Below, in pieces: positions 45,001 to 55,185 of a DNA stretch of 64,000 nt. Position 1 is the first letter of the stretch. Every line of letters starts with the position of its first letter. Made by a program: the position numbers and the translations under genes. The DNA lies in the NCBI RefSeq assembly GCF_001949145.1, contig NW_019091355.1, forward strand, positions 2,834,646-2,898,645, read 5' to 3'. The notes beneath the pieces are model-generated. The model did no database searches and had not been told where the DNA came from. It saw only the letters and a program-made list of their open reading frames with translations. Source of the stretch: Acanthaster planci (Eukaryota).

Positions 45001-48000
45001 TCCTGTGAACAAGCGAGCAAGAAACCATTAAATCAAACCAAAAAAGGACAATTATTCCAAAAGCAAGGGAGGACTAGATGTCAGTTCCTTGCTAGAGAAA
45101 TTTTATTGACACTGTCAACAAAGAAAACGTTAGGTGGTCATTGGTTATGTGTCACCATGTCAAAGAGCTTCGTTATTACTACCGTTAAGGGGTGTATTCT
45201 TGTTGATTGTGTTCGGGCGATAAGCTGCCTTCACTTGCCCCCATGAGATTTTCACATGTACAAAGGTTCCCAAGATCCATTTGTGCATTAACTGATTCGT
45301 TTTTTTATGCTTTAGAAAAAAAATGAAATATTGTTTTTACCGTATGGGCTTGCTGTCGAACTCTATCTAACGACTCTATTTTAAAGAAATTAGAAAAATG
45401 ATCCCTAAAATGAACTACTGAAATAATACGGCCGTTTCACAATAGGGCGCCTCCAAGAGTTTGCCACGCGTTGGCCAATCACAACGCTCGAAATTTGTCA
45501 ACCCTTTTTAAACGCACATTGAGTCGACAACTTTCGCGCATTGTGATTGGCCAACGCGTGGCAAACTCTTGGTGGCGCACTATTGTGAAACGGCCGTATT
45601 GGGAGAGTAGTAATGGAATATTTGGAAGCACTTGTTTAAAATCACATATTCCTTTACAAAGTTGTCTCAGCCAGGTCAGAATAGGATAACATGTAGGCAA
45701 AAAATATCGTCAAGAATGCTACATACCTGATCCAGGGAGATTGCACCGATATTTCCTTTGCCAGTAATCCCTAAACCATGGATTGCGAACTGGGTCAACT
45801 GTGTCCGGGGTTAGATTTCTGAAGTAGGCATCGAATTCGTCCGTTGGTGGTGAGGGTAACCTGAATCCAAGCGCTCCGGGCAGAGCAGAAGCACCCGATA
45901 CGGGGGCAAGCGTGGCCCTGTGGCCGAGAACGAACTGTAGAGCAGAGGCCGAGTTTTCCGCTCTTAGTACCGCAGCGGCCAATTTCTCCGTCCTGGAGGA
46001 GAAGACGACGGCCACGCGCGCGTACGCGTTGCTGGTGATGCCGCTGAGGAGTTGATCCATGTCTTCATTGGAAGAATTCGAAGAGAATTGTTGGGGTGAT
46101 GTTATGCATATTGAATGTCGATTGGCTGCTCGCTGGAATGATCGTAATGCCGCTTGATCCTCCACAGTGTCGAGGGTGATGGTTGTCACGTAGTTCCAGT
46201 TCATTCTCTGAAGCAGCAGAACTAGTCCCTGAATAGAAAGAAAAGTCACTCTCAACACCACTTCATCATAAAAAGTATGACAGGTGGCACAACCAGTAGC
46301 CCGTTGATTTCCAACACGAATCACATCTTTTAATGACTCATTTACTTCCATATCGATGGTTGTGGTTGAAGTTTAAAATAGTATCTATTGGTGTTTTTTT
46401 GGGGTTTTTTTGGTCATCTAGCATCGTCCAAGAACCATTGTGATCTTTTTCCAACGTTTACACACATTTTCATACGATTCGACTTGGCCTAAGCATCAGA
46501 ACAACCTTTACTGAATAGTTATCGCTAGTTTTCAATTTGCGATGAAGGAAAAGGTTTTAATAGTTTGGTAAGGGCAAATTATATATATATATATATAAAT
46601 TTTCAAGTGCTACACAGATTTCACATTCATGTTCAGAGTCGGTTGTCATGGTTGTGAAGAGGTTTGGGTACGAGAGGTGAGAACGGACGATATTTTCACG
46701 CACGTATTTTCGTGTTTCCTTGAACTTCGGGATTGAGTTCTGCTGTCTTCTTCTCCTCGTTCTTCTTTTAACAGGTTCGCAATGCCACGTTCTACTTTAG
46801 AAGAGCACCCGGTTTACGAACTCTGCAAATGCACACACTAGACTGGGCTTTCAAGAATATTATTACCCTGCAACCGGACTAAGAGATGGCGCAATCTACC
46901 TACAACTAGAAAGGCTCCTTTGGTGGGAACGGCACTTTGCTGGTTCGTGAACGACTATGAAATGCACGCGTCACGGTCGCAACGCTGCCAACAAAATGAA
47001 CACTACCCATAAACATGGCTCTTTTCAAAGGATGAGGACGGGCTTCTGCTCGAGGCGGATTATAGAACAAAACTGACCACTGACTGGAAGTCGTCGTTGG
47101 GTATGGTGCGCAAGAAGTAAGGGAACTGGCCGTCTTCGGTCAAGGATGGTTGGGAGGCACCAAAGCTGATCACAGGAACTCTGGCTTCATTCATCAACCA
47201 AGAAACAGTTTCGCCTGTAATAACGTGAAAAAATGTCGCTTGAGGTAAAAAACACAGCTTAGTTGAGCTAGAGATTGTAAGGAACGGCGACTATAGGCAC
47301 ATTTTTTTATAGAGTTGTCAGGGAAATAAAATGGGCAAATTAGTTCCACCTGAACTTGACTTGCTCAGATATGCCAAGCATGCATTTAAAAAAAAAGGAA
47401 TGCAGAGTGCGTAATCACATCGATACTGAAACCTGCAGGAACTTACACGTTTCGATATTGTCAATAAGTGCTCAAATTCTGCAGTGAATTTTCATTGTTT
47501 TGTTTAACCTTGTTTGGGCAAAAGATAAAGCGTTTTCACAAAGGCTCTCCGCGTGCACGGACGTCAACCGAAATAGCATGAATCACAGCACAACCTGGTA
47601 CTACATTGTACAGGCGTAGGGACCTATGTGCATTGCGTAAGAGGTCTATCGCTTATTTTTTTCTTTCAAGTTCTATAAACAACTTCCAAATTCTCTGACC
47701 TTCAGACAAATGCACTTGAAGGCCTGATGACATCACTTCAGGCGAATGCAAACTTGCAAGTAAAACAAATCTGGCGTCAAGAAACGTTTACGAGAAATTC
47801 ACTCGAGTCGAAATGTGCTCAACATTTGCAAGTTTCCTGCATGAAAATTTGATCTGCCGTCAGAACTTTGTCTTTGCTTTCCCGGAAAGTCTGAACCAGC
47901 CGTTATGCATAACACAAGGAACATAAAGTCACATGCTCTCAGCGCCTTGATGTGTAATGTCATTGCTCGGCAATGTGCATTTTAAACCCTTTTACAGACT

Positions 48001-50380
48001 TGTTTGTGCTAGAGACAACCACAAAACAACGACTGCAGACACACAACTTTTAAGAGTTGTCTGGAGTATGATTGGCAAATTAGGTCCACCTGAATTTGAC
48101 TTGCGCAGACATGCAAAACTTGCATTAAAAAGATAATGCCGAGTACGTGGTCTCATCCGCACTGAAACCTGCAAGAGCTATTTCCATTTTTCAGCAAGAG
48201 CTTTTCATTGTATTATCTGACCTTGCTTGGGAGAATCGTTTCGGCTTTCCGCATGGCCGCCTTAACAAAACTACAGGACTCCTGGCACAAGTTGGCACTG
48301 CATCGTACGATGTAGAGACCTATGTGCATTGTGTGGTAGGTCTACACGTTTCAAGTTAAAGTTTGGTTAAACGAAAGTCAAAGTTGATAACGTACATAAT
48401 TATGTTCCATAGAACTTGGTCTCATGCAAACAGCACGGTTAATAATGGAAATTTACTCTACATTCTTTTGTTCGATGCTTATGGAAACAGTCTGGGAAAC
48501 ATAATTTCCAGTCAGAAGATTTCCACACTTGCAACGGCGAGACAGACGAGCTTATCTCTTTGATATCGTCTGACACCATGACAAAGTGCACTGTTTGTAT
48601 ATGTAGAAGTCTTTTACCAACGGATAGACTTCAAATACATGAAAAAGCAACAGAACAAATTTGTAAACAGACTTTTCAAAACAGACGCAAGCAGAGGGGT
48701 GTGTCCAAGGATTTCATGAAAGCTTACAGCTGAATTTTTCTTAATGTTGCAAGTTGCCAAGAGATTTCCGCACAGCTTACAGCCCGCTTTGATCCAATGA
48801 AATAAGAGGAACCAATGCTGACAACCTGCCAACGGCGCTGTAACAATTGCTGATTGGTCAGTTGTTGGTTCCAATAGAAGGCCTAGTGCTCAGGCAGTGC
48901 AAAAATGTCACGATGATAAATGAGATCTACAGCGTTTAAAAGCAAAGCCTTTGTCAGAATATCCACAGCAGAGCTTAACACACACGTTACTGGAACAACA
49001 AAGAACAAGCCCTGACCTGACTGCACATACCTTGACCCCCATTTTCCAATCCCGCGACAATGCCAGGCTTGGAGACAGTGGAAGAACATGGATCCGTCAA
49101 AGTATCTTGATTCGAGTCATCAAATTGATCTGCAAGGTAAGCCATTGAAGCCTCCACTGCCGCATGACTGGATGAACACGTATCCCACGAATCCAAACCT
49201 AGAGAATGGACAAAATGCAAATTGGTCGGTGATGTCCTACGTGGCTACAAGTAAGTAACTAATTACCTTAAGTTCTATCCTGCCTCCAAACGCGACAGAG
49301 CCACCGTCTTTCTGCCCCTGACTAAGCTGACATCATCGTTCAGTAAGTTGCAACTACCAGACTTACGAGGTCCATGAACTGAACATGGACATGTACACAC
49401 ATACGAAGGTTGGGCAATCAGTACTATCATCTTTCGAATGTTTGCCTCGTTGTTAAAATCGCTCATCGATTCTGTGCAAAACTGTCGGCATACAAACATA
49501 TTCTTACGTCAGAGATCATACCGCAAGAGAACAGAAGATGACCGTCAGAATTTTTTTTTATGCACTCGGAAAACAGGTTGAAGGTCCTGTCAGCGCAGAG
49601 TTACGGGAATAATGAGGGTACACCTTGACCAACCAGAGAGACCTCTTTGTGGTGAACCTCGCAGAAGTCCTTCTTTTATTCCAACGCACCGATAAAAGTC
49701 TCTCAGTGACGATCGCCAATCAAACTCGCTACTCAATAACGCAGTACTAGAAACAATTTCCATATGTTTACTGGACGAAACTTCGCTCCCAAACCAAGTT
49801 TAATTCACGCTTGATTTACGATTGATAAAGGATCATAAGTGAAGAAAGTCACCGCTCACTGTTTTATCGTTCAAGCATGATCAAGTTACCTTTAACCTAC
49901 TCCAGGTAAATGCATAAAACCTTCAAATAAGAGAGGATTAGGCCTACGCAATATATGTGAAATGAATGAAATCCGAACTTTGATTTTAACATGTAATGAT
50001 ATATAGCATGGGAAATTTATGTTCGAATTAGTTCAAAACTTGTCAGAGAAACTTCGTTTCACATTTAATACTTCCAAATGTCTACGTAGGATAAAGGACG
50101 CCAAATAGCGGTACATACCAAAGGCTATACCTGGAACCCCTGCTCGTTGCAATATCATGGACGCAGCCTCTATAAGCTGAATATTCTCCAAATTGGGCAC
50201 ATCGTTGTTACATTTCTGTGTGGCGGGATCGTATCCACGGTACGAAAACAGGAAGCCCAGTGTCACATTGCCAGCGAGATGGCCACGCTGTGAAGCATAG
50301 CACGATTGAGCGGCACTCGAACCAATGGTGTATCCAACAAGGACTAGAAGATGGAAAACTTGAAGTTTGTACCTTACCAT
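33098..50380 (-). CDS. Giant class C (metabotropic glutamate receptor-like) GPCR with four tandem Venus flytrap domains, Thr-rich stalk and 7TM; 22 coding exons, about 2318 aa
   Basis: Exons (minus): 50380-50119, 49198-49031, 47214-47078, 46228-45727, 45002-44798, 44463-44337, 43737-43597, 42919-42551, 42244-42023, 41852-41600, 41114-40944, 40482-40169, 39835-39646, 39349-39090, 38903-38074, 37744-37564, 37124-36642, 36202-36043, 35902-35169, 34957-34012, 33793-33584, 33189-33098. All GT-AG, every phase compatible, total 6957 nt. One signal peptide; the mGluR-type motif series (GxF, EA, DTC/DSC, SY/SF, WxY, RNPW, DAV/NAV) occurs four times; one 7TM at the end. Confidence 0.9.
39389..39510. 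repeat. Imperfect hairpin element in a GPCR intron
   Basis: acgct..ggtggca...ctggtccttt / aaaggaccag...tgccacc.agcgt arms around a duplicated agttctgagca(t/c)gcg. Confidence 0.5.
42415..42487. repeat. Short imperfect palindrome / mini-MITE in a GPCR intron
   Basis: tacccctagaactgtggggcctgacgtcgaccc pairs with gggcggacgtctggcccaacgattctgggggta. Confidence 0.65.
45425..45600. mobile_element. Palindromic MITE with about 65-bp near-perfect arms in GPCR intron 4
   Basis: aatacggccgtttcacaatagggcgcctccaagagtttgccacgcgttggccaatcacaa ... ttgtgattggccaacgcgtggcaaactcttggtggcgcactattgtgaaacggccgtatt. Confidence 0.85.
47334..48344. repeat. Two diverged direct copies (about 47334-47648 and 48073-48344) of a ~290-bp sequence in GPCR intron 2
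   Basis: Both start ggcaaattag(t/g)tccacctgaa(c/t)ttgacttgc and end gacctatgtgcattg...aggtcta. Confidence 0.8.
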
Positions 50381-51724
50381 GGTGGGCTTTCTCGTCTACC
50401 TAGGTGCAAAATGGAAAATTAGAAAGCTGGTTATGCGATCGTCAGGTGCATGTCTTTAAAGTGTGTGTAGTAACGCCTGCAAACATGTTCATGAATATGA
50501 GGTGCGAGGTTACAGGTAATAGGGGAAATACACCAACTAACAGACGAAAATACGAACCTTTAAGAGCAGAGCGGTGTTAATTCACGCACACGCCACGTAC
50601 GTGTTGTGTGTGACGGTGCCAGAAGCATGTGGAGATTGGTGTACGTACGGTACAAAACTTCTGAATACTATGACCTTGCTGTGAAGACTGGGGTCTTACG
50701 TACACTGCGCTTGTCCTTGTTTTTTTTTTTCTTTTCTTTTCTTTTCTTTCTTTTTTGGGGGGGGGTATTGTGGGCTCACTGTATGACAATAAAAACCATT
50801 GAAAGAGCTTTTGTTGTGCCACTGGGCTAAGTCAAACGGCAAGTTCAAAATATAAAAGACTGCTTTTCAAATGACTCAGCTATATTTAGCTTAGGTACAC
50901 CAAAGGTTGCATTCAAGTTGTGGATTGGATTTAGTGCGACGCGGTGGACCAGTTTGTTTACGGGAAAATAATATTGCATAAAGTTGTCCCCACTGGACAC
51001 TATCCTTAAAGAATGCAAGTCATCGTTTCATCTATGAAACATTACTTAAAACGGCTTTATACCTAAAACTGTTTCTTTATTGACACACACAAAACAACCA
51101 AACTCAACTTTCTTCTTTTCTATATAAATAGCGATTTCCCCCCCTTTTTTGCTCTTTAGTAAAACTGTCAGCATATATAGATTATTGGGGTTATTTCGAA
51201 ATTTACATTACTCTGCTGTTGACCCTGTAGGCCTACATCATGATCATTTCAGTTCAGAACAAAGGAACCTATATCTCAGTGTCTTAATTATGCCACTCCA
51301 CTGGAAGAAACTTGAGAGAGCATAGTCTCATGTCTCAGGAGAACCTCCCCCGCGCCCCCCTCCCCCGGATAAGCTGTCTGAAAACCAGTGTTAAAAAAGT
51401 TAACTCCACCCCCTAAGAAACGCCTTGAGGGCGGGGGGGGGGTAGCCCTGCAATAGTCAAACCATATGGAATGCAGTCATAAATGAACGAGCGCACCTGC
51501 ATGAAGGCCGTTGTTGTTAGTTACGTCAATGGATAAACACTTAGGCCCTAAAGCCTTGAGCCGGGTGTCTTTTCAGCTGTTTTTTCTCTCATCGATTTCC
51601 TTAAGTCACAAGCCAATGCAAATGGTAAAACTTCCGTATTGGCTACTTTCAGCTAGGATATACCTCAATCACACAACAAAAATGCCTGGATAAACCAGAT
51701 CAGTTTGTATTATATACTGGTAAG

Positions 51725-52333
51725 AGGCCATTCCAGATTTTCGATGTTTTAAATTTCGATTTTTCATCGAAATTGTTTTGACCCACCCCGTGACCCAACT
51801 CTAATTTCGATTTTAAAAAAATCCTGGCTTTGTTCAAGAGGCCAGCGACGGACAAACAGAAAATCGGGTTTCACTGAACCGCCGAATATACGTGCACTTA
51901 GGCCTCGACATAATTATATGAAATTGAAAACTACCAATGCGTGAAGAACAATCTCATTGTGTGAACTAACTTGCAAAAATATTTCAGAAGTTTTATCCTT
52001 TTGTGTTTTCGGGTGTCGAGACTCGGGATGTATATCCTGTTGTCCTGGGGGTCACTCAGGCTCCCGTCCATTCCATATCGTTCCCCCTCCCTGGAGGAAG
52101 GAACTGTGCATGCTTCTCGTGTGCTACCACCACACAAATACAGGCGATTCACGAAACGTACGGATCGCTAGCGCAGCGTGGTAATTCACGCGAGTCAAAA
52201 GATCGATTTGATTTTCTCTCTCTTTTTTTTATGAAAAGTGAATTTCGATTTACAACAATTTACCTTGATCCGCCCACCCACTTCTTCGAAAAAAAAATCG
52301 AAGTTAAAAAACATCGACAATTTTGAATGGCCC
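51725..52333. mobile_element. MITE with about 40-bp TIRs upstream of the GPCR
   Basis: ggccattccagattttcgatgttttaaatttcgattttt versus aaaaatcgaagttaaaaaacatcgacaattttgaatggcc. Confidence 0.75.
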
Positions 52334-52987
52334 ATTTGATAACATTGCTATGACTGAACTAGTTTATTGGCAAAATCATCTGAAAAATATGCCTGCGACT
52401 AGATACTAAAACGTGCGTCTATGGAAGCTACTGTCTCAGCTTCAACTACTTCCCGTAGGCGTTTGTGTTGCTCTTCGACAAGTCACTTCATTCACAGTGC
52501 TTTCCACCAAATCGTTGTATTTCTGCGCGAGAGATCATTAATATTTTGTGATCCCATAGGATTTTTACAATAAGACAGGCCATCATCAGGAGCGATCATA
52601 GAAAAATTTCTATAAATCCCGAATTTGGGACTGATAGTTTCCAGTTTGGGGTGTTTCTTTAACAAAAAGTCCAAAATTGCGGGCCTGTTTTGGATCATGG
52701 AGGTGTGTTCCTTCCTCCGTGTTTGGATAGAGGCGAGCGGCTACATTCAGAAATGACTGCTTAGTTTTACTGCTATTTTTTAGATATCTTCGGGGAAAGG
52801 CGAATGAAATTTTTTTTCGTGGCTAACCCCAATAAAATTGAAACGAAAAGTGATCTTCTGGCCATAATCTTGAACTGAATTTCCAGTGAAAAAACGGAGG
52901 CCAACCTCTTCACGAGAGTCAACAGGCGGCGCTGTTTCTGGCCGATCAGTGATTTTGCGCTGTTTTCGCTTACAGCGCCTATGGGTC

Positions 52988-53247
52988 GGGTGCAGACCAC
53001 TAATTTAAGTGAGAATTTTTGACCAGCTCATTAGCATTAAAAGTGTCCCCCAGTATCTTTGGAAAAAGGAGATTGTTTGGCCACCAAAATGGTGAGATTG
53101 TGTAAATCGTTGCCAGGATCAACTCCCTGGGTCTTTGAGTTTTCATATGAGANAAATCTCAGGGATGTTGGCGTGCATGCTATGGGGCCCTGAACGGTGC
53201 TTATTTTACACTGTTTTCAATGGGGCTTGAATTAGTGGACTGGACCC
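52988..53247 (-). mobile_element. Second, inverted copy of the 30938-31419 MITE upstream of SEC31; middle replaced by a single N
   Basis: Both arms align to the first copy; the join falls exactly at n53153. Confidence 0.85.
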
Positions 53248-53259
53248 CTATAGCATACG

Positions 53260-53350
53260 TGTCCAACGCATGCGCAAAGTCGGTGTCAGTGCATTGTGGG
53301 AAAGCCGCCTTTGCCACGTTGATATCGTTGGCGCTACAGAAATCCCACAC
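53260..53350 (+). promoter_or_regulatory. Putative SEC31 proximal promoter
   Basis: NRF1-like cgcatgcgca (near 53267), ZNF143-like gcattgtgggaa (53291-53302) and CREB3/XBP1-type tgccacgt (53312-53319), upstream of a strong donor gg|gtgagt near 53480. Confidence 0.45.
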
Positions 53351-53844
53351 AAATCGTCAGATTTTTAACTTTCAAATGTTCAGATTGTTGCAGAGTCAGA
53401 ACCTCTTACAACCGTCACATCTTCTCGAGGAACTAGTGTGTTCACTTTAATTTTTGTCACAGTTTGGACGATTTTGAAGGGTGAGTATGTTTGCCATAAT
53501 TTTTGGTCGTTCCAAAATTTGTCACGCACTGTTACTCAGCATGCTCAGCGCATGCAGCGTAGGCTACATCCTTGCCTTCCCCCTTTGGATTCCGTCATGT
53601 TCATGATGCTGAAGTCATAACCAGATAACTGATCATGGAATCGACTTGTTGCCACGGTGTACGATGTAGCCTACTAAATTAGTACTGCAGTACGGCAGTA
53701 GGGCCCAGCAGAGAGTCACAGGCACAGCAGGGCAACATTGAACATGGACAGTGAATGATGTACAGTACATGGTTTCCCGTGGACATGATCATGATCGATG
53801 ATGGAGGAAGGAAAGACAGGGCGGTGTTCATTACCATTAGTCAT

Positions 53845-54312
53845 TAGCACCCTGTTCCTATAATAAGGAAACAAAGTCTGCCTTTTCAAAAAAACTTAGA
53901 CCTATTTAAATAAGTTGGTGGAAATGTCCTCTTTCACATCAGACAGAAGAAAGGGAAGGACTTCGGTTTTTGAGGGAAATTATGGGGTATAATGGCAGCG
54001 TAAATGACACAACGAAGAACTTTGAATGAAGATGAATTTAGCGCATGTAGTCTGGTTCCTTGACCGGGATGAAGTTTCTTTTATGAAATTCAGTATATCC
54101 ACAATGGCTGGGTCAGGTAACCAGACGTGAAAGAAAATAGCCCCATCTTTTAGCAAACTCGGGGTAAAAAAAGTCTGGTTGTCTTGCCTAAATATTGTCA
54201 AAATTTACCTAAACTGGAGCTACTAGGAGAAAGGAATAGATTCTCAAGGTCTGAATGTTAACTAGTATGAAAAAGTGGACTTTGTTTTCCTCATTATAGC
54301 AACAGGGTGCTA
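53845..54312. mobile_element. MITE with TAG...CTA termini in the probable SEC31 5'UTR intron
   Basis: tagcaccctgttcctataataaggaaacaaagtc / gactttgttttcctcattatagcaacagggtgcta; no TSD evident. Confidence 0.8.
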
Positions 54313-55185
54313 AAGGTAATTTCATTCATTCTTTATTTCCACTTAATTATATACGGTAAATGTATGACAAGAAGGAAAATGGTTGTGGATGGGATCCCAT
54401 AGAAGCAGTGCTTGTCGAGTATTAGGAACAATACACAATATTACGAACAATACAATAATTATGACAAACAATTAAACAAATAAGAAGACAGTAGGACACG
54501 TAGACACGAAACCTTGTAATGAACACCAGCAGAGTGACATGTGTAACAGTTAATGTCTACACTTAACCATTTTCAAGGTGTTTACGTCTTGGAGATGGGC
54601 CTATGGTACTCGTGATAGTGTAGTGCACCTCTGGGTTTTAATTTCAACTTTACGAACACACTGTCTTCTGACCGTCATGGCCAGCTAGTAGGCCTAGGTC
54701 ACAAGTTCAAATTTGCCAAGTCATAAATTGCAAAATTTTGTTCTTGTTTGCTGAGGTCAACTTCAAGATGCCATAGGGAAAGAGTTCCATGTACAGATGC
54801 CAGTAATTATTCCCTACAGTGACCCATTAGCCATCAGAAAGCAAAAAAATGTCCATGGGCCCGGCATAATGTGCTGCAACCCAGCTTACATGGGCTTAGA
54901 CTGTGCCCAAAATGGGCCTGCTTTTTTTTTTCTCCAGAAGCCACCTGTGAACCAATACCATATAATTGCTAAATCTCCCTCTCCTGACATGTTGGACTTA
55001 GTGCAAATCTGCACGTTAGCATGGTTAGCCAAACAGATGGCAGCTGTGCATTATTTAATATACTGTGTTCCCTGCATATGTTGAGATCTTGTCCATTCCT
55101 GCACTTGATTGTGCCATAAAAGGATAGAGCATTTTGAGGAAAAAACTTCTTTTCATTTCTCATCTCGGTATCGGCAGATTCTACA

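Noticed and set aside
33098..50380. Cluster of four separate mGluR-like genes
   Set aside because: There is only one signal peptide and one 7TM. Exons 39835-39646 and 37124-36642 run in frame from the end of one VFT into the next, with no stops between domains.
30938..53247. A single 22-kb transposon carrying the GPCR
   Set aside because: No transposase, no shared outer TSD, and the left MITE has its own flanking taca duplication. Kept only as an inverted-bracket observation.
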